The translations under genes were made by a program, and so were the position numbers. DNA of 62,960 nt, filler included, from Octopus bimaculoides (taxonomy: Eukaryota): the NCBI RefSeq assembly GCF_001194135.2. It is 4 parts of 3 records of this genome, joined end to end, with 100 filler letters (N's around TTAATTAATTAA, not from the genome) between each part and the next. Parts side by side here need not be neighbours in the genome. Positions count along the whole stretch, not along the records: positions 9,753 to 21,089 come from NC_068982.1; positions 21,190 to 43,295 come from NC_068981.1; 2 more parts are not named here. The stretch is one strand, 5' to 3'. The stretch's first letter is position 1; each line of letters starts with the position of its first letter. Positions 10,401 through 22,969 of this stretch are shown in pieces. Under the pieces are notes generated by a model. It had not been told where the DNA came from. It saw nothing but the letters and a program-made list of their open reading frames with translations, and made no database searches.

Positions 10401-11599
10401 AGTCACTTGCAAGTCAGGGAGAGAACAGGAAAAGGCCTCTTCAATTAAGTGGTGAGAGTATGGGATGGGGAAGTGGTGGCCTTATGCCAGGTGTTGGAAG
10501 GCTAAATTGCCAGAGAGGACATACATAGTTACCCTGCATTAAATGAGGGTGGGTGAGAGTAACTACAAGGAAGATAAGGATGATAATGATGAGGTACGAG
10601 AGTGAACTATTACAATACAAGCAAGTAAGCAGAAGACAAAATATGGGCAGTGAATCAATGAGGAGAGAGAGGAATATGTTCACAAGAGTGTGAATGGAGA
10701 GTAACAGATGGTTAGAGATGGGGAAAGAGGTGAATGTAGGGTGTGATGCAATTGATGAGAAATACCAGAATTGAGATAGCAGTGACTCCCAAAGGAGGAC
10801 TGATCAGAAAGTAGAGCAGATGATGTACAAGGTATAGGCATGGTAGAGAGGGAGATGTAGACATAAGGCTGGCTATAGTGAGTGGGGCATCATGAATATG
10901 AGAGGGAAGTGAGAATGATAGTAAGTATGAGAGATGTTAAAGATGAGGTATGGCAGAGGAGAGATAGAGGTAAGTGAAGACAGAAATACGATCATGGAAA
11001 ATAATATGANNNNNNNNNNNNNNNNNNNNNNNNNNNNNNNNNNNNNNNNNNNNNNNNNNNNNNNNNNNNNNNNNNNNNNNNNNNNNNNNNNNNNNNNNNN
11101 NNNNNNNNNNNNNNNNNNNNNNNNNNNNNNNNNNNNNNNNNNNNNNNNNNNNNNNNNNNNNNNNNNNNNNNNNNNNNNNNNNNNNNNNNNNNNNNNNNNN
11201 NNNNNNNNNNNNNNNNNNNNNNNNNNNNNNNNNNNNNNNNNNNNNNNNNNNNNNNNNNNNNNNNNNNNNNNNNNNNNNNNNNNNNNNNNNNNNNNNNNNN
11301 NNNNNNNNNNNNNNNNNNNNNNNNNNNNNNNNNNNNNNNNNNNNNNNNNNNNNNNNNNNNNNNNNNNNNNNNNNNNNNNNNNNNNNNNNNNNNNNNNNNN
11401 NNNNNNNNNNNNNNNNNNNNNNNNNNNNNNNNNNNNNNNNNNNNNNNNNNNNNNNNNNNNNNNNNNNNNNNNNNNNNNNNNNNNNNNNNNNNNNNNNNNN
11501 NNNNNNNNNNNNNNNNNNNNNNNNNNNNNNNNNNNNNNNNNNNNNNNNNNNNNNNNNNNNNNNNAGTGATTCCCCAATTAACTCAATCCTTTGTCATAT

Positions 11600-14030
11600 T
11601 TTTCATGAAACTTAAGCTGAGATCGTCCTTCACTACTTATTTCAAGTTTTCCTGCATCTTTTTGTCTGAAAACTTTATTCAACTTTCAGTGATCTATACT
11701 TCTTTATACAGCTGTCCTCATCCATACACATGATTTTTCTTTCAGATCATTTGTATTATTTCATTTATGCTGTTATATTACATCCAACAGAACATGCTTG
11801 TCTCACTTATTTTCAGTCTTCTAAAATTCTCTGCATTCATGGTCCATGCCTCATTACTATACATCATTACAGTTCTAACACAAGTGTCATACAACCTGTC
11901 CTTCACTCTAAGGAAAAATATTGTAGTGAAAATACTGAAAGAACGGTTGGTCCTATCGCTGGCACTTAGTCACCATTTAAGCGAAGCTATGTGAACAGAA
12001 TCACGTCGGGCTGCATGAACAGAATCACCAGTTTGTAATACTTCGACCGTGCGAACCAAAGGAGATGGCGACGTAGACGGGAAAAGGCTCCTTTTTACCA
12101 CGTCGCACGGTCGAACACAAAAATAAAGATATATATAATAGAAGAAGGCTCCTCGTAAGAGAATACGAGCCATAGTGCCAGTAATAAGAACTTAGGACAA
12201 CTCAACCGTGAGATATATAATGAGAATAAATTTATTAACAAAGTGAAAGTGTTTGTGTCTGTGTGTGCGTGCATGCGACATATAAAATTAACACAGTAGA
12301 TAAATCAGGCCTTTGTGTACAAGAGAAAGCATACAACAATGTGAACTGACGGACAGTCGTATATGCAAGTGTGTGTACAATATGTGAGTGTACAAGGGTG
12401 TGTGTGAGTGAGAGTAACACAGAACATAGAAAGAGTGCCTATAGAGAAAAACCAGTTCGTATTAAAGTTACACAAGGAGATAGAATGTTCATACGCAGGA
12501 AGTTGTGGTCAAGGAGCAGAGCTGTAGTATCACACTATGTGTATTGAGCGTTGAATGCTGCGACCTGTGTTACCTGATACGGAATATTCTCGCTGGTTAG
12601 TTCTGACTGTTGATCGTGAGTGGAAACTCCACTCATACAGTGAAGATAAAACCGCGCTTGTTGATGTTGGTGTTGCTGGCGACGACAATGGTAGACAGTA
12701 CATTGGTGGTGAAGACGTCGGCGCTGGAACTGGCTGTAGCTGTGTTCTGTATATTTGTGGTCAACGACCAGACCTGTGAGAGATCTGAAATCGAAGACAA
12801 TTGCCGTCGTTGGATCGGGCTTATTTATAGGCGAAAAGGGGTTCAGCGGAAACCCAGTAAAACTCTAACTCACGTGACTTTATCCCAAAGCCACGATTGG
12901 ATGTAATGCCCCCTTAGCAAGCAGAACATGGGGACAATTGCCGCACAAAAATAAGAACCAATCAGGATGATGGACAGAAGGGTCCAAGGCAGCCGAAGAC
13001 TAGATGTTAGCAACTTCGTTATCATTTATGATTGAATGCCCGAGAGAGAAGTTTCACTACAATATCATTGCTGACAGCTGTGGTAGTAGCTTCTTGTACT
13101 TTTTAATCCCTTCTTATTTAGGTTATTACTATACTTTCAGAGCAACCACCTCCAATGCTAATTACGTCTCCTAGGTAACAAAAGCTATCAACCACTTCCA
13201 GTGAGCCAACTGGGAATTCAAGAGAGTCCACTTCTAGAGCACTCGTAGTACATACTACTCCAGTACACCAATCACATTCAAAGCTCATATTCTGTCATAC
13301 TCTGCCTGTAATCCTGCTACATCGCTTTCATGCTCATAGCTTACATTGGGTATGGCATATGGAGTTCATTCCTTTTCTGTATATCCAACAAGGCCATTTC
13401 CTAGAAGGTAAGAGGGATCATCCTCTTTCTTACTTACTAAAACCTTTGTGTTTGCTAGGTTTACCTTGAGACCTCTTGATTCTAGGTCTACTCTGTCACA
13501 CGTGAATTGTGCTTGGATTGTCTTTGTAACCTTCATAACCAGATATTTTAAGCATCTCTGCAACTATTCCTGATGGACTCATGCCATGTCTTCCTCTTCT
13601 TGATCACTTTAATTACTATGGTACTGCCAACTTGGATTGCTGATCCCTGTGAAGAGTCAGCATGAGGTATACCCTTTTTATCCCATGCATTCTCCATGTT
13701 CAGTAGTCTTTTGTAATAACACTCCCATTAAACATTCTTGTCTTCTATATCAATGGTGACTATGCTTTCATCATCCCAAATGCACTTTTCTCAAATGACA
13801 TCTCAGTTCTCTCTTACATACTATCTCACAATCCTGAACACTTCATGTCTCTGATTCTTATATTGTAGGGCAAAAGCAAATCTCATATATTCTGTCTCAC
13901 CCTTACCTGAGTATACCTGTTCTAACTGCTTTTCTAGCGATTTAGTAAACCTTCTTGGTTTTCCAAGTTTGTCTCTTAACCTCTATTGCCTTATCAATCT
14001 TATCATTCTACCACTGCATTACTTCTGGTT
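11600..14030 (-). mobile_element. Degraded RTE LINE RT/C-terminal fragment, interrupted by an LTR element
   Basis: Minus strand DRVDLESRGLKVNLANTKVLVS (13366-13563 ORF). With the insert removed the frame reads KYKKLLPQLSAMIFFLRVKDRLYDTCVRTVMMYSNEAWTM, homologous to the LINE at 15740-16030. Confidence 0.8.
11922..13061 (-). mobile_element. LTR (12034-13061) plus 112-bp internal stub with PBS-like site, 4-bp TSD ATAT; probably Gypsy-type
   Basis: Minus strand starts TGTAGTGAAACT, TATAAATA at 12822-12829, AATAAA at 12231-12236, LTR end TTACA at 12034, then AAC-TGGTGATTCTG. ATAT at 11918-11921 and 13062-13065. Confidence 0.75.
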
Positions 14031-14544
14031 TGGGATTTTACTCCAGCCACATGCCTAGGCAAGATATTTTATAGAAATTCCCAACTATTTTCAACACCAG
14101 TGCCTGAATAGACACTGATATTCTATATATCATTGACAGGAGCTTTGGCTGATATGTCGCTACTGGATGTCTGTCATTGAGAAGACCAAGACAGGGCAAA
14201 AACAATAGGATCTGTTGGTTCCAGGAACCATGACTGGCAGTTCTCACCTATCAACAATATAAACATGGCTGCTTTTATGCACCGAAACATCTACATTGCT
14301 AGAAATCAGAGCTAAACTGCTCTGATGCTGGAGTTAACAGACATGAATGAAAAAATATACACCATTCTCTGTGCTACCAGTTATCTCTTCTATTGCTCAT
14401 TCTTGTTTTCTTCCCTTCTCACTTGTTCAGCTCTTTCCAGACTCAATTCACCATTAGTATTTATGTTTTTATCATCCAAATTATTGGATGATTTAGCGAT
14501 TCACTAATGCATATATATAAAATTAATACAAAGAGCCAAACAAT

Positions 14545-17500
14545 TATCATTATCGTTGTTTAACGTTCACTTTCCATGCTGGCATGAGTCGGACGGTTTG
14601 ACGGAGGACTGGCAAGCCAGAAGGTTGTACCAGGCTGCAATCTGATCTGGCAAAGTATCAACAGTTAAATGCCCTTACTAACGCCAACCACTCCGAGTGT
14701 GTAGTGGGTGCTTTTTATGTACCACCAGCACATGGGTCAGTCAGGCAGTAATGGCATCGACTACACTTGAATGGTGCTTTTTATGTACCACCAGCAGGGA
14801 GCCAGTCAGGCAGCACTGGCAACGATCACACTCAAAGTGCTTTTTACGTGCCACCGCCAGGGAACCAGTCAGGCAGCACTGGCAATGACCATGCTCGAAT
14901 GGTGCTTTTAACGTGCCACCAGCACAGGTGCCAGTCAGAATGTACTGGCATCAGCCATGACAATGACTTCCCTTGACACAACAGGTCTTCACAAGCACAT
15001 TTTGTTGCCCAGTATTGAAGGGTACTCTTATGGGCCGGTTATGCTGCATTGGCATAGGCCATGGTTACTGTTTCACTTGGCTTGCCAGGTTTTCTCCAGC
15101 ACAACATATGTCCAATAGTCTCGGTCACTCGTCATCACCTCCGTGAGGCCCAACGTTCAAAGGTCGTGCTTCACAACCTTGTCCCAGGTCTTCATGGGTC
15201 TACCTCTTCCACAGGTTACCTCTACTGCTAGGGTGTGACACATTTTCACACAGCTGTCCTCATCCATACATAACGCATGACCATACCAGCGCAGTCACCT
15301 CTCTTACACACCACATTTGATGCTTCTGATCTCCAACTTTTCTCTCAGGGTGTTACATTGTTATGTATGCACACTGACATTACACATCCAGTGGAGCATA
15401 CTGGCTTCATTTCTTCCACGCTTACACAGGTCCTCAGCAGTCACAGCCTATGTTTCACTGCTGTTCGCACACACGTGTTATACAGTCTATCTTTTACTCT
15501 GAGTGAGANNNNNNNNNNCTCTACTGCTAGGGTGTGACACATTTTCACACAGCTGTCCTCATCCATACATAACGCATGACCATACCAGCGCAGTCACCTC
15601 TCTTACACACCACATTTGATGCTTCTGATCTCCAACTTTTCTCTCAGGGTGTTACATTGTTATGTATGCACACTGACATTACACATCCAGTGGAGCATAC
15701 TGGCTTCATTTCTTCCACGCTTACACAGGTCCTCAGCAGTCACAGCCTATGTTTCACTGCTGTTCGCACACACGTGTTATACAGTCTATCTTTTACTCTG
15801 AGTGAGAGGCCCTTTGACACCAGCAGAGGTAGGAGCTCTCTGAACTTTGCCCAGGCTATTCTTATTCTAGCAGCTACACTCTCAGAGCATCTACCCCTGA
15901 TACTGACTTGGTCACCTAGGTAATGGAAGCTATCAACTACTAGTCTTTCCCTCTGGCATGTGACAGAAGCTGTTTTCTGCACATTTTCAGTGTTTATTGC
16001 CCCTCCTCCCCCAGCATTTGCCACATACAAAAACTATCTTCCACTTAGCCTTCCTTTCATATTGCTGCACCTCTTATGTGTCCATAGCTTACACCAAGTA
16101 CATCTTGTGGAGTTTATACCTACGTCTTTTCTACAAATCGAGCAGGGCCATCTACCTGAAGGGATTTGTGGTTTGTCTGCTTTTCTACTTATTAAGACTT
16201 TGGTTTTTTGTTAGACTGACTCTAAGGCCCTTCGATTCTAGACCTTGCTTCCACACCTGAAACTTTTCCTCTAGTTCTGACAGTGACTCAGCTATTAGAG
16301 CAAGGTCATCAGTATAGAGAAGCTCCCAGGGGTATCCTGTCTTGAATTCATCTGTTATTGCCTGGAGGACTATGATGAATAAGAGGGAGCTGAAGACTGA
16401 TCCTTGGGGAACCCCTACTCTACTGGAATTCTTCACTGTACTGGTTGCCAACCCTTACCTTACTAACAGCATCCTGTACATGGCTTGTACAGCTCTCACT
16501 AACCATTCATCTATCCCTATTTTCCACATTGACCACCAAATAAGGGATCGGGGACCCTGTCAAAGGCTTTCTCCATGTCAATAGAAAGCCAGGTACAGGG
16601 GTTTATCTTTGGCTAGGTATTTCTCCTGCAGCTGTCTTACCAGAAATATAGCATCAGTGGTGCTTTTCTCTGGCACAAACCCAAACTGCATCTCATCTAA
16701 ACTAACTCTCTCCCTAATTAATTAGGCTATGATCCTCTCCATGACATTCATTACCTGATCCAACAACTTGATACCTCTGTAATTATCCATATCTAATGCA
16801 TCACCTTTAACTTTGTAGCAGTTGACTATGGTGCTGCTACACCAGTCATTGGGTATGACTCCTTCATGTATTACCTGATTGACTATACGGGTGACTAGAC
16901 TATAGCCGATACCACCAGATATTTTAAGCATCTCTACAGTGATTCCTGATGGGTTGGGGAATTTCCCTGTCTTTATACCCTTAATTGCTTTATCTACCAA
17001 GGTACAGTCAATTCAGATAGCTGGTCCCTTTGTTGGGTTGACATTCAGCAGACTATCTTTCTCCCATTCATTCTCTTCATTTAGCAACCTTTCATAGTGG
17101 CATCACCAAGTCTCTCCCTTTGCAGCCTCACTAAATGCAAGTGAGCAATCATAGGAGACACATTTCTCTCCTATGACATCACGATTCTCTCTCACACACT
17201 GTCTTGCAACATGAAACACTTCAAGTCTTTGGTCCTCATGATGCAGAACATTGGCAAATATTTTCTCATCTGCTTCCCCTCTGGCAAAGTAAACCTGTCT
17301 CCTAGCTTCCCTTCTGGCAATCTGATACGATTCCCTGCTACCACTGTTATTCCAGTCCTTCCATGCCTGTTTCTTTCCATTAATGGCCCTGTCAGCTACA
17401 TTGTTCCATCACCACGTTGCCTTGGGTCAAAAGGGGACTTTGCACCATCGACAGATCTGGTCTGTAGCCCTCAACTGGTTGTCCCGGAGGAACCTCCAGC

Positions 17501-18197
17501 TGTCTTCCACATCATGTGATGCAATACCCTCCTCTATTTTGTCAAAAGCTTTGAGTAATATGTCTCTAAATCTCTGTCCATTCACAGGATCCTTAAGCTT
17601 GTAGATCCTTCTTTTCCATGCTGGTCGTCTTCTGGGCATCCATTTAGCCCTGATCCTGAAGCTGCTAACTACTTATCTACATTGCGGGATGCATTCTTCA
17701 CGTGGAAAGGTTTGGGAATTTATAAGTAGCCATCTTGTTTGCTGGTGAGGATGTAGTCAATTTGACAAGTGTGTCCACCAGACCAGTAGGTGAATAAGTG
17801 ACTGGCAGGTTTCCTGAAGTTAGTATTACAAACCATAAGATCATTTGCATCACAGAACTCCAGCAGCCTGGTTCCCTCCTCACTGCAGGAACCAAAACCA
17901 TAGCCACCATGGAAGCCCCCTGCATGCTGTCCAACATGCCCATTGAAGTTGTCAGCCACAAAGAGAAGGTCCCAGTCATTCATCGACGAGGTAGTCTGCA
18001 AGAGGGTGTCATAAAATCAGTCTTTTTGTTCATCCGGTAGCACTGGCTGAGGGGCATAAGCCAAGATAATGGTTGCTAATCCATGTTGCAGCACTAATCT
18101 AAGCTTAAGTATTCTATCACAGACTCTGATTACCTTGATTACCTTATAAACCCATTTCTCTGCAAGAAGTATACCCACGCTCCCGACCCTGTCACTG
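14545..18197 (-). mobile_element. Large degraded RTE-clade LINE (APE endonuclease + RT + 3' UTR + (GAT)n-type tail)
   Basis: Minus-strand ORF pieces: LFVADNFNGHVG..GYGFGSCSEEGTRLLEFCDANDLMVCNTNFRK..QIDYILT (APE); YRGIKLLDQVMNVMERII; VGVPQGSVFSSLLFIIVL..LLYTDDLAL; FHYLGD..RIRIAWAKFRELLPLL. Many stops and frameshifts. Confidence 0.93.
14708..14965. repeat. Tandem array of four 63-66 bp units in the LINE 3' UTR
   Basis: GTGCTTTTTA(T/C)GT(A/G)CCACC...CAGTCAG units start at 14708, 14774, 14837 and 14902. Confidence 0.9.
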
Positions 18198-18849
18198 TTC
18201 CCAACTCAGAAAATCTTACACCTATGTTGTTTGCCTGTGAGGAACCTAGCAAAACTTCCTCTCCATCTTACTTCTTGGTTAAATTGATGAGGCAACAGAA
18301 ATTGCTGAAACTGACAATCAGCACTTTTCAGATGCTTATGGTCCCTGTTAGTGTATATGTCTTCATTCATGTGCATTAATGACAGCATTAGAGTAGTTTA
18401 GCACTTATTTCTAGCAATGTAGGAGTTTCTTAACAAACTAGTCACACATAGTGACAATTATAATTCTTTCTGGTGAAACATTACAAACTGTTGTTTATAT
18501 TAATTTATATATACACATTAGAGAATCGCTAAATCACCCAATAATTTGGATGACGGAAACATAAACACTAATGGCAAAGTTAGTCTGGAAAGGGCTGAAC
18601 AAATGAACTAGCTTAACTGATGAGGCAATGGAAATTGCTGAAACTAACGTCAGTCTTAATAATTCTCAATCAGCACTTTTTGGACAATTATGGTCCCTGC
18701 TAATGTATATGTTTTCATTTAGGTCTGTTAACTACAGCATTAGAGTGGTTTAGCTCTTATTTCTAGCAATGAAGGTGTTTCCTAACACCCTAGTGACATT
18801 TAGTGACAATTACCCATGCTAGCATGGAAGGTGGACATTAATGATGATG

Positions 18850-19900
18850 GCTCTTTGAGGCCATATCTCAATCTTCCTTAACAGTCTTCCTTTCCTCAAT
18901 CTGATATCCAGTATCTTTTTCGGTGTTTATGCTGAAGAACCATAGAGAAGCACTGATTCAATTACTGCTTTGAAGAAATCCCCCTTTATGCTGTCAGGAA
19001 GGGAGGACTTCTATACAATTCTGAGTCTGTCTAGGATATTCCATGCTTTTACTATCCTTACCTCGACATTCTTTTCTGTTACTTTCTAGGTAGGTAAAGT
19101 AATTAAACATACTTTGACTGGTGCCATTCAGAGTATAGTTATCACCAGTCTTGTTATAGCACATGTATTTAGTCTTACTGGTATTGACATATAGTCATAT
19201 TTGTGCTGCTGCAATTTCAAGTGCATGTAACAGTTTCTTTGCAAATTCTATATTGTCTGCAGGAAGAACAAGATCATCTGCATAATCAGCATCCAATATT
19301 TTTATTGCAAGATGTCTTCTACTTCTAGCTCTCTTAAGTGTAAATCCATAATCTTTGTTGATACCAATGGATGTATGCAATACGTAATCCAGATATATTA
19401 CAACCAGGTATGGAACTAAAATACTGAAAGATATCACCATGAATATACAAAAAATTCTGCTTCCATTCAGTGAGTGCACATTTGCTCAAATGTTCTGATA
19501 AATCATCATCACAGAGGCAACTGTCTCTTTAGGAAGTCCATAGACCATTAGTATTTCTGCCATCTTTTCCCTGTACACTGAATCAAATACAGAGCAATAC
19601 TGAATTAGGATATCTCACTTTGACCTTTCAATAACACTTTTAAATGTCAGAATCTGTTCCAGTGTGGAGCAATTTTTTCTAAATACATTCTGATTTCCAC
19701 TGAATATGTTTTTCATCTCAAACCATCCTACTATGCCAGACTGGAAAGCAAATATTAAATGATGTTGATGAAAGTGTAGGATCTTGCAGTCATCAAGTGG
19801 ATTCGATCCACCATAGCTAAATTTGAATTAACACTGCAACAGAACTTTTCCCACAGTGGAACAATGGTTTTTCTGTGAGAGTAGTTTTACATTTTCCAGA
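18850..19900 (-). mobile_element. Second, distinct RTE-like LINE RT fragment
   Basis: ORF 19195-19479: ILVPYLVVIYLDYVL..GFTLKRARSRRHLAIKILDADYADDLVL (YADD motif). RT domain 3 remnant FRKNCSTLEQILTFKSVIE upstream. Confidence 0.8.
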
Positions 19901-21233
19901 TGCCTTTAGCTAGGCCAAAATAATATCTTCACCACTTGACCCTTATAATCTCTTCTACTTCACCAAAAACCAGAAGAGAGATAACAAGACCACCAACTAA
20001 ATATATAGTTCTCAATGATATGTCTATCCTTCTGGATAGTTATAAAAGCAAGAACACCCCAAGCAAAAATCAGTTAGTCACTTCGGCGACGACTCAGCAA
20101 GTTAGCCACTATGGTGTCAACTCAGTGAGAACGAAGTCTGGCTGACCAGCTAGAACCTTGGTCAAAGGGAGAAATGAAGTTTACTGTCAGCAACTGTGAG
20201 ACAACATCCCACAACCCTACAACTCTACAACTCTCTTAGAAGATCATTCTATCTCTCTGTAATTACTACTAAACAATGAAGAGAACACAAACACAAACTT
20301 TACTTTGCATGCTTTTGGATTTATCATAACCTGCCCGTCAAGGCAAGGTATTGAAACTTAACAGTAAATAAATATTTTCTTAAAACTTCATGCATTGTTC
20401 ATCTTTCACATCCTACAACATGCCATTATAACAACAAATTTTTATTGTTACAACTGCTGACTCTACCATTTCATATTATTGTGTACCTAACAAAACCTAA
20501 CCATTACAAAAGTATTCATACATATATATATATATACTCTTTACATAATGGGGGAGCATGACCAAGCTAGGTGTTGTACTCGCAATTGCAAGATCGTGGT
20601 TTCAATTCCTGAACCAGATGCTGTGTTGTGTTCTTAATCAAAATACTTCATCTCACATTGCATTATGATCACTTAGATATTTGACATGTGGTACACCATG
20701 TACTTCTTCAGGCAATGTCGAGCTGATGGAGCGAGTGATCTAATGTACAGCACATACATTTGATCACTATAAACAAATCATTTGTTCTGGTTGTTCAGCA
20801 AAAACTGAACACTCGTACATTGTCTTTAACAAGAGATTCCATCATTATACATATGTGACAGACAGACAGATATAGATATTTTCTTATATATATAAACAAA
20901 TATGAATATATATGTATCATCATGATCATCATTTAGCTTTTGAATTCTATGCTGGCTTAGCTGGACAGTTAAACAGGATCCAGTGTGACAGAAGATTGTG
21001 TCTAGCTCTAATGCCTGCTTTTGTATGGTTTCTACAGTCACTACTGAGTGCTTTTTTTCCCCCCTGATACTGGCAATAGTGAGGTCACCNNNNNNNNNNN
21101 NNNNNNNNNNNNNNNNNNNNNNNNNNNNNNNNNTTAATTAATTAANNNNNNNNNNNNNNNNNNNNNNNNNNNNNNNNNNNNNNNNNNNNTATATATATAT
21201 ATATATATATATATATTTGAATATGTATATATA

Positions 21234-22067
21234 CAGGGTGCGATGGGTGAATTGTCGCCATTGTATATTTTAATTTAACACATGTGCATTATTTGTTTTT
21301 GGTTTTGTTGACTACACAGTATAGTAGGGTGAGTTGGACACCTTCTGTGAGAAAAACAGCACCATGATGCAATTCACTCTGCCAGAAATTTGGAAGCGAC
21401 ATGCTATACTGCTTGGCATTTGCACTGGAAGCTCCAATACAAAGCGCCAAAAGCTCCATTATGAACATGTACCAAGAGTGATAACAACCAAACAACCAGT
21501 CAACATCATGGTGTTTGGAGTGATCACTAGTGATGGCAACGTTATGCCTCCATTCATCGTCCCACACAGCCTCAAACTCAGCATGGAGACCTATATCAAG
21601 TGCTTGGAGGAGGTAGTGTTGCCCTGGGTCAAGAGAGTGACTGCTGGAACACCCTCTGTCTGGCAACAGGACTCTGCACCATGCCACACAAACAGGAGAA
21701 CCCAGTCATAGCTGACAGACAATTTCTGCGACCACATTACCCCTAACATCTGGCCACTTAACTCCCTGGACAGTAACCCTCTTGATTATTATGTGTGGGA
21801 CACAGTTGAGCAAGGGACCAACAAAACTCCTTGTAATAGTTAATATGAACTGAAGGCAAGGATTATGACAGCATTCACCAACTTATACAAGGAGACCATC
21901 CAGAAGAGTTGCAGGAGATTCCAAAGTTGTCTGAAGGCCATGGTTGATGCCAATAGCAATCATATTGAATAAATTTACTCTAGTATTTGAGTATATATCT
22001 GTTAAAGTGAGATGCCAGTGTTATTTTCATTTTTGCATAATTTAGACACTTTATTCATCACACCCTG
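21234..22067 (+). mobile_element. Internally deleted Tc1/mariner transposon of DD37D (maT) type
   Basis: TA|CAGGGTG...CACCCTG|TA termini. Transposase IMVFGVITSDG..YIKCLEEVVLPW..VWQQDSAPCH..WPLNSLDSNPLDYYVW, with 37 residues counted between the last two aspartates and one in-frame stop. HTH region and first D are missing. Confidence 0.88.
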
Positions 22068-22089
22068 TATATATATATATAAATTTTTT

Positions 22090-22315
22090 TATTACCTACA
22101 GAGGGCTAAACATAGAAGGGACAAACAAGGACAGACGAAGGGATTAAGTCGATTACATCGACCGCAGCACATAACTGGTACTTATTTAATCAACCTTGAA
22201 AGGATGAAAGGCAAAGCCAACCACAGTGGAATTTGAACTCAGAACGTAACAGCAGACAAAATAACACTAAGCATTTCGCCTGGCGTGCTAACAAATCTGC
22301 CAGTTCACCGCCCTA
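22090..22315 (-). mobile_element. tRNA-derived SINE family B (GGCGGCGAGCTGGCAG head)
   Basis: Minus strand GGCGGTGAACTGGCAG..GTTAGCACGCCAGGCGAAATGCTTAG..GTTCTGAGTTCAAATTCC..TTTGCCTTTCATCCTTTC. Confidence 0.8.
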
Positions 22316-22330
22316 AAAAAAAGGGAAAAT

Positions 22331-22361
<31 letters not shown>

Positions 22362-22969
22362 GCATGCATGGCTGTGCAGTAAGAAATTTGTTTACCAACC
22401 ACAGGGCTCCATGTTCAGTTCCACTGCATGGCACCTTGGGTGAGTGTCTGCCTAGAATAATCAAAGCTGAAATAAGTCTGTGGTATGTGTGTGTAACTAA
22501 TAAATAATCTAGTGAATTCCATTTTCTTCTCTCTCATTTGTTTTATACACACACACACACACACACACACCAAAGTGCATTCCAGATATTTTGAAACTTT
22601 GTCAGGAGAGAATTAATTTCAGAGAAGTCCAAAACTCTGATCTCACAAAGTGGCTGGAGTGCTGCAATGAGTACGTTGGAGTAAGAGGATTATACTTTCA
22701 AGAAGATTGGAGTTTTAGACTTCATTGAAATTAAGGTTCCAGTTTCCACAATTGAACAAATCTTTTTTCGTATTTTTTTTTTAAACTTCATATCTACTTG
22801 CTAATATAACTTATTACTGTGAAACTATTGAACTCTAAATTTTATTATTGTGATGAAATTTAACGAACATTTGATCATATATATACATTTTAAATACACA
22901 CACACACACACACACAATGCGCACGCTCGCATCAATACGGACATGCACGTAAATATATATGTGTGTGTG

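Noticed and set aside
14708-14965. CRISPR-like or peptide-coding tandem array
   Set aside because: Units are wholly homologous with no unique spacers, lie in a LINE 3' UTR, and the genome is eukaryotic.
15220-15807. Exact 290-bp direct duplication inside the LINE (and 41684-41970 inside a SINE)
   Set aside because: Identical copies sit either side of a short N gap, the signature of unmerged contig overlap.
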